A stretch of 64,000 nucleotides of DNA from Antechinus flavipes (GCF_016432865.1 NC_067399.1:643684001-643748000); one strand, 5' to 3'; counted from the stretch's first letter, positions 38,473 to 51,886 are shown. Program-made: numbers and translations. The notes: generated from the letters alone by a model not told the origin.

Positions 38473-41400
38473 AGGACATAAAGTATAGTTTGTTTACAGA
38501 AGAGGAATGAGAATACCCTTAAAGGGAACATTAATACCAAATTGTTAATAAATACTATACATTACTATATTGGATACCCTCTTTAAATTCATTCAATATC
38601 ATCAATGGGACTGATATTTTTAGTCTTTTTTTATTCTGTGGATTCTTAATATACCTTTACATATTAATAAGATGATTAAGTAAAATTATCCTTTGAATAT
38701 TAAAGTAACCTATCCTCAGCATCTTAAAAATCTAAGTCAAATACCAGTTATAGAAATGTAGCTAAATCCCTCATATAATTTCCCCCTATTTTGAACAGAT
38801 GTACATTAATGCATATACTGATTTTAGCTTTGATTTAAAATTAATATGCAAATTTAAGTTGGAGAATAAATTAAAATCCCGATGGTGACAGATAATTCAT
38901 GACATTTCCAGAGGGAGGACAGAAAATAGAGAAGATTCTGAAATCAAAGAGTGCTTTTATGAATACATCTGTTCTTGTTTCCCTATTGGTGTCATTTAAT
39001 GGATCCTATCGTAGTTCAAATTCAAAATGTGCCTATTCTCCATAAAACCATTTAATAATACCTTAATTTTTCTTCTTTAGTAGATGTAATTTTGGTTTAA
39101 ACATGAAGACAGGGAGAATATGGAAACATTCAAATATGTATTTGCATGATTACATTTCACATTTTCTAAGTTCCCAAGAAGGATCTTTTTAGGGAGAGAA
39201 AAGGAAGAAGGAATATTAAAAAAAAAAAGAAATAAAAATTTTAAATACATCATTGACTTGTAGTGGGGAGAATTGATTTGTTATTTATCAAGAAAGCAAC
39301 ATACAGCATGTAATTACAGTTGTGTGGGGGATGATTCAGCTAAGAGCGATGATTTATCATTAACTTGTTTTCTTTAAGCTACCAAATTGATGCCTTAATT
39401 CTGGAGATGAAAAAGTTCTTCTTAGACATATTTGGCAATTAGCATGCTGCTACTGAAATACTCATTCATAAATAATTACCACAGGAAAATATAGTCAGTG
39501 GAGGGAAAAGAGTATTGGACAATCAAGCAATAATTCTCAGTTCAGGTGCTTTAACAGAAGTTACTTTGCTGCTCTAAGCCTAGACTTCCATAAATCTATG
39601 ATTAGGGATGAGGAAGGAAAGAAACAGGGAGAGGGTCACTAAATAATAATCTATCGATAGAAACTAAGATTTCCAAAAATTACAAAGAAGATATTTAAAA
39701 AAAAAAAAAAAGACAAACAACTCTGGTTTACGTAACTTTGTGAAACAAGCAGAATTCAGAAAAGATTATTGTTTTTGTCAAAAACTAAGTTAACTGATTA
39801 TTAATACTACAACTAAGAATCATGCCAAGGAAAGCCACTATCTACATTTCCATTGAAGTACTGTTTATAATTCCAGAACTGAATTGTCATTCCTACTAAA
39901 AGGAATACTTTTAGAAGAATTCTCAAAAGAGTGACTTACTAGCAAATAAGAATTGGACAAGTATAGGGATAAAACATCACAAAATAGAATTATGATCATT
40001 ATGTTTAAAAAGTGCTTCACACTTTTTACTTTTTGACTTTAACTTGCACTTTTCTGTAAAAAGAATCAGCTCCATTTCTGTTGCTCAAACAGTAATCTAG
40101 ATATTGGTTCTACTAACTTCTGAAGACTATTGGCCAAGTTGTCATCTGTACCAATAAAGGAAATGATCCAAACAATGAAATCACATAGCCTAAGAGAATT
40201 ACATTTAGGTATGCTGGATAACATTAATTTACTACATAATGTTAAAAACATCGTTTTTATTAATAATTAATCTTTTTTGTTTGTTTTACAGGGGCCACTT
40301 CCTAATCCTAAATAATATCTGAAACAGTCAAGCAATTAGTCAAGGAAAATGCTCCATAGGTCTTCTGACTTAGTGTGTAGAAGATACAAAGATGACTATA
40401 TCTCTCATTGGATTCTGATTTGGAAGGACCCTTGAAGGTCCTCTGCACTTTACAGATGGAGAACTTGAGGTCTCTCAGAGGTCACGAAGATGAATGCCGG
40501 CCCTCCGACTCACTCCCACAGGCCCAGGTTCTTTCCACCAAACTACACTGGCTCATGGGGAAAGATGACACTCCCTCTAATGTGTAGAAAATGAAAACTA
40601 TTTATTCTAGATTATGGCCCTCTACCAAAGGTTCCTGAAGAATACTACTCCAGTTCCTTCCTCCATCTTATGGTTAGCAAATAATAACCACTTCTTAGCC
40701 CATTTCTTTGAATTCCAAGTCAGTATCACCAAAGCAAATCCCCCTCCATGGCTACTTCTTCCTGCTCTCATCTTCATTCAGCTCAATCTGTATCCTCCTG
40801 TTACAATGCGGTATTTTAAATCTTGATTCTCTTGCTAACAAATATCCTTTTATTCCAGAACTCCTTCTTGCAGAATCTTTCAGTACTACTTCATTTACTT
40901 AGACTTGGTTCCATTCAAGAAAACAAGCCGCTGTCCAGCGCGAGGTCCAGCTGCCTGAGTTGGCGACAGTAAATAAGCACACACCTTTGGGCCGCTTCCA
41001 GACCTGTCTCTTGCTATCAACTAATAGCTCTTTAAGGTAAATTCCATCCACTTCTGAAACAAAGTCCTGGCAGCAGGTGCCCACTGGCCCTAAGGGCACT
41101 CTCCAAGACTCACCACCTTCCCCTCCAATGCAAACACTGCCTTCCTTACTTAAGGACTTTAGTGAACCTGGACTCTCTCACCTTTGGATGCCCTGGCTTT
41201 CCAGTTCTTCAGCTGCCTAAATATTCATGAATTAAATCACTATAAGCAATCCAAAATCACACCTTTTTATCTCATTATTACCTATAATTGTGCCCCTTAT
41301 GACCCAGCATGCTAAAATTCTCTCTGAACAAAATTTTTTCTTCTTCCATCTCTTTTGCTAGCTCAAGTCTGCTTCAAGCCTCCTAAATTTATTTTTCATG

Positions 41401-43339
41401 CACATTGAAGCCTTCAGTCTTCCATCTCAACATATCACACATATTCTCAGGTTTTACTTTTTCCCTTTCATATATGTGATCATAAAATTAAACCAGGTCA
41501 CCTATAACCCTTTCCTCTTCTCTTGTTTTTCTTGACTGCTTATCTTTGTCACTGATTAAATGTCCTAATGCATGTGTATATCTATCTGACCATGTCATAT
41601 CCTTCTTCAACAAACTCCAGAGACTCCCTAGCTTCTACAATATCAAATAAAAACCCAGTGTGGATTTAAAGCCCTTAATAACATGTTCCCTGTCACAGCC
41701 ACAGCCACACACACCTTTCCAATCTTCTCACACCTGGTACCTTACTTACTTATAAACTGTGACCTAATGACACTTCCTCTGACTCTGAGGGACTCATGCT
41801 TGAACAATATTCTCTCCTCATTCTGTCCCCTGGCTTCTTTCAAGTCCCAGCCCAAAGGCCACTTTCTACTGAACTTTCCTGATCTTCCCAATTCTAGCAG
41901 CTTCTCTGCTGATTATTTCCCATTTATCCTGTCTGTGGCTTGCTTGTCCACACTCATGCCTCCTGTTGGATTGTGAGATCCTGCAGAGCAGGAGCTGATT
42001 TCTGCCTAGTATGTAGCACAGTGCTCAACACATAGCAGGAAGTTTACTGATTGAAATAAAATTTAAATCAGACATTGTGGATTTTACAGGCCTTTACCAG
42101 AAGTAATAGTGAAGAATTTGGGGTTTTTCTGTACTGTCTTTGTCTCACGGCTCATATAAGAAAGCTTCCCCAATCTAAACATCTGAACAGATGTTATGTA
42201 TATAGCAAGTAGGAAAAAAAACCCCCATAAACATAGCATGAAAATTTGACTAAAGGGAGCAGTGGTAATAGGGTCTCCTCCAGCAGACAGGAAAGGGTGG
42301 AAATGAAAATGAATGGGTTAGATTTATAAGTTCCTGAATTTTGCAGATGGAAAAAGTGACAGATTGTTTATGTGACAGTATGTGATGACAGTAAAGGTGA
42401 ACTGGTGAATGGCTCATCTTTAATAAAATTAACATTTTGTTTGAAGAAATGGTAAAGTCATCCATTATCTGTATTTAGGATAAAGTTGAGTTGGAAAATT
42501 AGGGAGAATCCTAATGGTGACAACAGATGTTTATAGTCAGGGAATATTTCAGCTTAAGATCAGTGTAGCAACTCCCTCCACTAATTCAAATAACTACTGT
42601 ACAAAGATCTCTAAGGTGTAATGGAAAGAATGCTAGATATAGCCCCAGTCTTGCTCATCAACCTAATAGAAAAAAGGTACTGTATTACATACAAAGCACA
42701 GGAGAGGAGGTGAGGGAGTCTCAAATGTTACCAATTCTCGGTACCCACAGCATTCTTTAAAATCTAAACATTGATATAAGAATATTAAGAGTTAAATCAG
42801 AAATTCAGGCCATGAAAAAAATCTGGCACTAATTTTTTTCTCCTATGAATTTATAACCTCTTGTATAGGGGAGAAATTCTGAGAAGTCCAGTCAAGATCA
42901 TGAAGAACAGGTTTTTATCGCCACAAAAACAAGTCTGTAGTCACCTATGGAACAAATCAGACTTTTCCTTTTGTCCCTCCTTGCCTCCTTTAACCAAGTA
43001 AAACCCTCAAAGATCCAAAAATGTAGATCTGAAAACTGAAGCAATAGATAACATGCTGTTTCACCAGTAAATGACCCTGTCTAGAGTCCTCTCAAAAGCA
43101 AGGAAGTCTCCTGAACCCCACCAGAAGGAGACTTTTCCTGTCCAAGAATCTGATGCACCATCAGTTCATTCTTAAAAAGGGGACATTTGAACAACTCCTT
43201 CTGAAGCAGACTTGGAGGATTGAGGCATGATTCCCATGTCCATCTTGCTACAAATGATATTGTTTGGTAAATATATAAAGGCATAAATCTTCTGTAGGCG
43301 TTCTCTATCGTTCCCCTACTGTTGGGAGAATAAACATTT

Positions 43340-43560
43340 ACACAGTGCCTTCTATATATCAGGCACTGTGGTAAGCATTTTACAAATATTAATTTAGGTG
43401 ATCCTCACAACAACCCTGTGAGCAAGGTGCTGGCATTATCCCCATTTGTCAGCCAAGGAAACAAAAGAGTGACTTGCGGGGTCAACCAGCCAGGAAAGTC
43501 TTAGGCTGGGTATAAACTGCGATCTTCCTGACTACAGGCCCAATACTATCCAGTATGCCA
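43340..43560 (-). mobile_element. MIR-family SINE
   Basis: gatcctcacaacaaccctgtgag...attatccccattt...gtgacttgc core. Confidence 0.65.
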
Positions 43561-46500
43561 ACCATATGCCTCTAGTGCTACAAAATTATCTACCACCTAA
43601 TTACTCATTTGGAGAGGCACAAGGATACCAGATATTTTATTTTATTTTAAAATCCTTTGAACCCACAAAAATAGCCCTCATTCACCTTTCCAGAATGGCC
43701 CTATTTTAACTGGTACCAGGAGTAGTGGCCCTTTACTAGGATTAATTTTAAGTCGATGGAAATAAGTCAACATTCCAGTTGTACTTCCTCGTGCCTGGGC
43801 TTCTTTCTGTTCCCTCATCAGTAAAATTAAGGGGCAGATCAGATCATCTCTAAGATCCACCCAGCTGCAAACTCAGGACTCCAATTCAGCCAACAGTCTT
43901 CTCGATTTTCTATGGCAACTTCACCCTGAAACAAAGGCAATGAGCTTCCCCATTGCTCATGAGCCTAGTGCTCTTGCCTCTGTGACTCGTGAGGGGGTGT
44001 CAGACCCCTACTTTTACTAACAGGCTGCAATGAGTCCCTGGAACTGGGTTTTTGTGAAAAGAGGCCACCGTGAGCAAGAGGGAAGTCACTTCTGTGAATC
44101 CCAAGGGAAGAGATTAATGGGCTCTTTGTAATGGAAGCAATGGGCATAGTGACATAGTAAAAGAAGCTTCTTTTCTCCAAGTGCATACAGCAGAAGGAAA
44201 CCAATAAGGTAAGATCCCAGCCAAGGTAAAATTCATTCTCCTGCAGGCTCCCAAACGGTGGAGCCTGGGGTGGCCTCTCCTCCGTCCTCCTCCCAAACCC
44301 TGGGCAGCTTTTGGGAAAGTTCTCAGTAAGTCTAACAAGCACCTACTAAATGCTAAGTTTAAGCTAAGTACCCATCAAACAGGTGCCAGGACCTGGCAGA
44401 GAGGCAGGGGATACAAAGAAAGGCAAAAGTGGGTTCTGACCTTCAAGGAGCTCAGACAACAGAAATGGGAGGGGAACACTGACCAAAGGTCCTTGGGGCA
44501 GCAGCTGAGGAGGGGTGGGGCTCAGGGAGTCCTGGGCCCTCACTGGAAGGCTTTGGAAGGGGTCCTGCCCCAGCCTTCAATCAGAGGGCCCTGAGAAGGC
44601 CCAAGGTATCCAGGACCCTCAGAGAGGAGCCTGGCCTGCAGCAGCTGACAGACATGGCAGCGGCCTTTGGGAAGACCCTGTTCACTCCTCAACCTTTCCT
44701 GGACTCTCCTCCAGGTCTCTCAGCCATAGGTCTCAGAGTCCCACAGGGCTCTTCTGGGCACTCTACTTCCCCAGTAATACTTCATCTGGTGATCTCTTCA
44801 GCTCCCATGAATTTTATAACCATCTCCATGACTCTCACACTTACCTATTCGATCCTAACTTCTCTGCCGACCTCCAATCTCATCTTTCGGACATCTCAAA
44901 CTAGATGACTAGTAGACATCTTAAATTCAATATACCCATCTTTTCCCCTAGCCCCTGCCCTTACCCAAAACATCTGTAATGTATAATGTTTCTTCTGTTA
45001 AACTACAAACTTCTTGAAGGCAAGGCAAGGCAAGGCAACTGCTTTTTACCTCTTTTAGTATCCCCAATGCTTAGCACAGTGCTTATCACATTGTAGGTAT
45101 TTAATAAATGTTTACAGACTGTTCATTGGTGCCTTATTCTTATAACAAAGAATCTTGAAATGAACTTATCAACTTGGCAATATATTATATTGTCACTACA
45201 GAGTTAATTTTCTGTTTCTGAAAAGGAATTATACTGCAAATTTCAGTAAATGTATCAAGAGAAAAGGAAAATTCCCATTAAACTCCTCATTCAGTATATT
45301 ATCTATAATCTATAACAGATGACAGGAAAAACATGCAGTGGGCTAATTCACGTCATAATATGTGTAGGTATCCCATGACTTGATAATAAAACAATAATTT
45401 TGAAATATTTACCAGATGAAAAGTGCACTTGTAACCCTGTCAGTATCTGCCAGCATGGAGCTTCCTGTAGACATAACTTGATAAAAATTAACTATAGCCA
45501 GACAACTGTGGCTTAGAAATACTCAATTTTGTTTCCCTTCAGTTGTTTTTATAATCATTCATGCTTTACCTAACAGAAATCCAATGGACAATTCAGTAAG
45601 AGGGTAGTTTAAAAAAAAAAAAGTCCACATTTGTTTTCATACCATGCCCTCTTATCTATAGACACAAGAAAAAAGCCTACATCTGTAAGAAAATGTTCAA
45701 AGGAAGCATTCTAAATAAGTAGTAACTAGCAACTGTACATTTTAAACAGAAAAATTTGATATTGGAGATTTCCAGCTCTAAATCTAGAATTCTATGATCT
45801 ATTTTCACTCACTCTAGCAATTTAAATGAAAGCTATTACACAACCAACTACAGAGATATGTCCAGGGACCTCTTTAATATGTCCCTTCAAAAATCTCCTA
45901 GTTTTGTGACTCTCAAGAAGTTTAGCCACCAAAAGGAGGCAAAATATGGGGTGATATCTAGTGGACATGGTTGGATTAAGTAAGAAAGGGAGAAACGTGG
46001 GTATATTTATAGATCATAGAAAAGCAGCTAATGGAGATACTTGAGAAAGGTAAGACAATGAGGGGTTAAGTCATGGTGCTGGAGCAATCTGCTAAAGAAG
46101 GAAAAATGGAATAATATTACTTGTGCATGTGGGGGAAAAGGAGTCTTGGCAAGAAGAAGGGGCAAGTAAAGAAGATGATAGCAGAAAAAAGCACTTGAAT
46201 TATGTGAACAGTGAAGATGAAGGGAGTTATCAGAGAATGGTCTCAACTTTTCAGTGAAATATGAGAGGGTAGGAAGTAGGGAAACCCTGGAAGGCTGAGG
46301 ATGAGAAGATTTGGAAAAGATCCTCTAATGAATGAGATAGTAGGTTAATGAGGAAAGTATAAAAGGACTGCAGCAATGAGGGCCCAGTTGAGATGAGTAT
46401 TCGCTCTCCTGGTACATAGTTAAGCCATCCACACCTCCTCTGGTGAGACCCTTGTCCGTTTTCTATTAAAGCTTTTAAGAAGCATCTAGATAATACAGTC

Positions 46501-46600
46501 ACTCAGTTTCTTCTTGTTAATTCTAGTTCTCCAAGATCTCTCAAATGTCTCCCCTTCTCTCAGATAGCCCCCCATGTCCTAGTGCTCAGCATCCTTCTCT

Positions 46601-47189
46601 TTTTTTTTCTTTTTTTTTAAATTTTTATTTAATAATTACTTTATATTGACACTCGTTTCTGTTCCGATTTTTTTTTCCCTCCCTCCCTCCACCCCCTCCC
46701 CTAGATGGCAAGCAGTCCTTTATATGTTGGATATGTTGCAGTATATCCTAGATACAACATATGTTTGCAGAACCGAACAGTTCTCTTGTTGCATAGGGAG
46801 AATTGGATTCAGAAGGTATAAATAACCCGGAAGAAAAACAAAAATGCAGATAGTTCACATTCGTTTCCCAGTGTTCTTTCTTTGGGTGTAGCTGCTTTTG
46901 TCCGTCATTTATCAATTGAAATTCAGGTCTCTTTGTCAAAGAAATCCACTTCCATCAAAATATGTCCTCATACAATATCGTTGTCGAAGTGTATAATGAT
47001 CTCCTGGTTCTGCTCATTTCACTTAGCATCAGTTCATGTAAGTCTCGCCAGTCCTCTCTGTATTCATCCTGCTGGTCATTTCTTACAGAACAATAATATT
47101 CCATAACATTCATATACCACAATTTACCCAGCCATTCTCCAATTGATGGGCATCCATTCATTTTCCAGTTTCTAGCCACTACAAACAGG
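46601..47189 (-). mobile_element. Very young 5'-truncated L1 (ORF2 C-terminus plus 3' UTR)
   Basis: Perfect 17-bp TSD gctcagcatccttctct (46584-46600 and 47190-47206); poly-T at the left end. The minus ORF MARNWKMNGCPSIGEWLGKLWYMNVMEYY is the L1 ORF2 C-terminus. Confidence 0.92.
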
Positions 47190-47790
47190 GCTCAGCATCC
47201 TTCTCTAAAGATAAAATAAAACTCTTCTATTTGACACTTAAAATCCTTCACAATTTGCCTCCAACCCATCCTTGCAGACTGATTTGGTACTGAACTCCCA
47301 CTTTATTCCAAGCAAATAGACCTGTCTGCTACTTCTTCCATGTACTTGACATCTGACTCCTAATCCAGAACTTCACATTGGCATTCCCCCTTGTAGACAT
47401 TCTTCTCATCTCTGCCTTTTAAAATTCCCAGCTTTATTCAAACCTCAGCACTAATGCTAACCTCACTAATAGATTTTTGTTGACTACCCCATGTATTAGT
47501 GTCTGGAGATCCTCAAAATTATTTTGTATGTTTTAAATGGACTTATAATTTACATGGTATTTCCTGAAACAACAAGGACAGGTAATGTTTCACATTGCCT
47601 GGTATATAGGAGGTATTTAATAAATATTTGTTGAATGATTAGGTCAGTAGAAAATTAATTATAATAATAGTTGACGGTCTGACTTTATCCAAAATAGCAT
47701 GCGTGGCTCATTGCTACTTCTCTTTTAAGTGACATTAAAAAAAGATAGTCGGTAGATTATTTTTGTTTTATAAAACAAATATGTCTGTAC

Positions 47791-47927
47791 CTTGAACTGT
47801 AAGGTCTGCTTGAGCCTCAATTGTCTCATTCCCATTGTCAGCAATGCAGGCATAGGTCCCAGCATCTTCCTCTGTGAGGTCACTGACTTCCAAGTTACTT
47901 CCTGCCAGCAGCATCAACCTTTCAGAG
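47791..47927 (-). CDS. NEO1: Neogenin coding exon (exon 5 equivalent), C-terminal half of Ig3
   Basis: ttgtccAG acceptor and CAAG|GTACAG donor; 137 bp. Translates (S)[45 protein letters not shown]. Absent from the ORF track because it is short. Confidence 0.96.
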
Positions 47928-48364
47928 CTGGACAAAATAGAACATTATCAATGGCACTGACTATTGGTTAACAAATTATCCTCCCAAGAGACTAAAATCT
48001 GAAACGTTCTCTAAATAAAAAAAGTGGCTGAAGGATTACGCTTCCTGGTGTCATTGCCATCAGGAAGCGGAAAGATGACCAGACTAAAAATCCTAATACC
48101 TGGGCAAGAGAGACAGCATTTCACGCAGCCTTGGTGCCCTGGGCACCTCCTTGCTGTTCCCTGAATGAGATGGTGTTTAAGTGCTGTCAAGCAGAGTGCA
48201 AATGCTGTAAGTTTATTTTTATGTGATTTGAGCCTTGCACAAAGATCAAACATTCAGATGTCATAATGGAGTTAGCATTCATATAACTCTCTAAGACTGG
48301 GAAAATTCTACTAGCCATATCCTTCTCCGTGCACAGATGATGGAGCTGAGGCTGGGCAGTTAAG

Positions 48365-48600
48365 TGATGTGGTGGAGAGAAGGCAGAGTCTGGAGTCAGA
48401 AACCCTCAAATTCCCAAGTTTAAATCTGCCCTCAGACACATACTAGCAGTGGGATCTTGGACAAGTCATTTAACTCAGTTTGCCTCAGTTTTCTCACCTG
48501 TAAAATGAGCTGGAGAAGGAAATGATAATTCCTCTGTCATGAAAACCCCAAATGAGATAACAAAGAATTGGACACCACTGTAAAATGACTGAACAACAAT
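48365..48600 (+). mobile_element. MAR1-type CORE-SINE (MIR core plus RTE/BovB-derived tail)
   Basis: gcctcagttttctcacctgtaaaatgagctggagaaggaaatg...gactgaacaacaa. Confidence 0.75.
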
Positions 48601-51542
48601 AAAAACTGCAACTAAGAGAAATTGCCCGCAGTCTATTTACTATAACCACAAAGCTGCCTCCATTCAAAGGTTATTAAAGAAATTTGTAATTGTCACTTTA
48701 TTACCAAAATGGGCACTTTTGCTGTAAATCATGTCAGGCCTTTTAAAAATTTCTAAAACGTAAGAGGTTATAAGTAGTTTCTCACAACCAAACACTCTCC
48801 TGGACATTTCACACATGTTTAGAGTATTCTGATGATAATCATTGGAATAAAAGCTTAGTAGATTACTAGATAAGGAGTTTGGATGAAATATAGAAGCCCC
48901 TGGCCAAAGGCTGTCATTCTCAAAAGGAAGACTGAGAGTTGGGGGGAAGGGGGGGGTCTAATTGTTGAAAATACTGGTTTGACATTTGTCTGACATTAAC
49001 TACCTCCAATATAGCAAACTAACTGGTTATTTTAAATATCACTCACTGTATTAATCACTAGCTATCCATAATCCCTGTCTCCCATTTTCTTATCTCTTCC
49101 CATTCAACTCTTAATTTTGCCCACCCTTTCACTAAATTCTTTCCAATCTCACGCAAACTTCTTTTCATTCTAAAGCTTTTTCTTGGATGATAATCTCATC
49201 TATTTCTTCTCCAAGAGCTCTCATTCCCCAACAAGATAATACTTTGTCCCTAACTATCCTCTTTATCAGTGGCTGTACTTTCTCTTTAACTTACCAGTTT
49301 TTCCCATTGTCTCAAATCAGCAATCTCTTCGAAGTTCACACTAATAAAACTTTTAACCAGCCTTCAAGCTACCTCCTTTCTCAAAGTGTTCAGTTTCTGT
49401 CTCAAAATCTTTCTCTCCCATCCAATTCCAGTGTTTGTGCTAATGGACTTCAGCATTAATGTTAATACTTCTTTAAATACCCTAACCTCCCAGTTCCTTC
49501 ATATCTTTAAGACCATGATTTCTTCTCTTACTATACCATGCACTGACATGGGCACGGTACAACCTCATCTCTGCTTTTTGTTTCCTTAATAAAAACTCAA
49601 AATGGTTGTCTATCTGATCATAATCTATCATTCCGATTTTTCCCATATCTTATCCTTTCTAAATCTACTCTTTCTATTCTGATGCCTCCAATTCCATAAT
49701 TCAGCAGTACTTTCTCAGGATTATTATTCCTGCTTTCTGAATTCACTTTTTTTTTCTTTCCCTTAATGAACTGGTTCATTTCCATACTCTCCTTTAGTCT
49801 TGGACTTTTTTACCTCTTTGTCCCATCCCAATCATTTCTTGCCAAATTCCAAATACAGATCATTCTCACTATCTGTCTCCTCTGCTACTACTTAAGTACT
49901 GCTAAATGGAACTGGGGAAAAATGCAACTCAGAACATTGACACTGCTACAAATTTATCTAAATGCGACTGGGCCTTCGTTACAGAAAGACAATCTCACAA
50001 CTCTGGGACATCATTCCTTACCATTAAAAAAAAAAAATTATTAAAGCTTTTTAATTTTCAAAACATATGCATGGATAATTTTTTTAATATTAACTTTTAC
50101 AAAACCTGGTGTTCCAATTCCTCCCCTTCCCACCCATCTCTTAGATAAGCAAATAATCCATTATATGTTAAACATGTTAAAATATACATTAAATCCAATA
50201 TGTACAAACATATTTATACAATTATCCTGCTGCATAAGAAAAATCAAATCAAAAAGAAAAAATGAGAAAGAAAATAAAATGCAAGCAAACAACAACAAAA
50301 ACAGTGAAAATGCTATGTCATGATCCACATTCAGTTCCCACAGTCCTTTCTCTGAGTGTATTTGGCTCTCATCACAAGGACATTGGAACTGGCCTGAATC
50401 ATCTCATTATTGGAAATGTCACGTCTATCAGAATTGATCATTGTATAATCTTCTTGTTGCCATGTATAATGATCTCCTAGTTCTGCTCATTTCACTTAGC
50501 ATCGAGTCATGTAAGTCTCTCCAAGCCATTCTAAAATCATCCTACTGATCATTTCTTATAAAAATAATATTCCATAACATATATAGCATAACTTATTCAG
50601 CCATTCTCCAACTGATGGGCATCTACTCAGTTTCTAGTTTCTTGCCACTATGAAAAGGGGTGCCAAAAATGTGGGTCCCTTTCCCTCCTTTAAGATCTCC
50701 TTGGGATATAATCCCAGTAGAAACACTGTTGGATCAAAGGGTATGCACAATTTGAGAGCCCTTTAGCCATAATTCCAAATTGCTCTCCAGAATGATTGGA
50801 TCAATTCACAACTCCACTAACAATGTATTTGTGTCCCAGTTTTCCCACATCTCTTCCAACATTCATCGTTTTCTTTTCCTGTCATCTTAACCAATCTGAC
50901 GGATATGTAGTGGTAATTCAGAGTTTTCTTAATTTGCATTTCTCTGATCAATAGTGATTTAGAGCTCCTTTTTATATGACTAGAAATGGTTTCAGTTTTT
51001 TGATATGAAAATTATCTATTCATATCCTTTGACCAGTTATCAACTGGAGAATGGCTTTACGTCTTATAAACTTGAGCCAATTCTCTCCATATTTTAGAAA
51101 TGAAGCCTTTATCAGAACCTTTGAATGCAAAAATGTTTTCCCAGGTTATTGCTTTCCTTCTAATCGTATATGCATTAGTTTTGTTTGTATAAAAACTTTT
51201 TAACTTAATATAATCAAAATTATCTATTTTCTGTTCAATAATGATTTTCAGTTCTTCTTTGGCCACAAATTTCTCCCTTCTCCATAGATCTGAAAGGTAA
51301 AATATCCTTTGTTCTTCTAATTTGCTTATAATACCACTCTTTATGTCTAAATCATGAACCCATTTTGACCTTATCTTGATATAGGTGTTAGGTGTTTCCA
51401 ATTTTCCCAACAGTTTTTGTCAAATAGTGACTTTTTATCCCAACAACTGGGGTCTTTGGGGTTGTCAAACACTAGATTACTATAGTCATTGACTATTTTG
51501 TCCTGTGAACCTAACCTATTCCACTGATCAACTACTCTATTT

Positions 51543-51886
51543 TGTAATGACCGCGTATTTAAAATCAGCCAGAGTCAGGAATTCAGATTAAGGGAAAAAT
51601 CTTCAGTCTTTATTGAAGTGGAGAGGTGAGAAAAAATTGTGATAGCAATATGGGCAAGAAGGATTGCGATAAGTGAGGGCTGAGCTCTCCTCCCCTTCCT
51701 TTTTCACTCTCCTGCCTCCACCCACCAGAATCATCATTTCCTATACAACACATTAGGACTTGCACAAAGAGTGGGCGGGGGCCATTCTTTCTCCAAGCTT
51801 ATATATTAATAGAGTATGGTCCAATTACTATTTAGCCTCATGTGCTTGGGACCTCAGTGCATCAACTCAAGCCTCAGCCCATTACA
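51543..51886 (-). mobile_element. Solo ERV LTR (344 bp)
   Basis: Terminal inverted repeat tgtaatg...cattaca, perfect 6-bp TSD ctattt (51537-51542 and 51887-51892), AATAAA on the minus strand. Confidence 0.9.
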
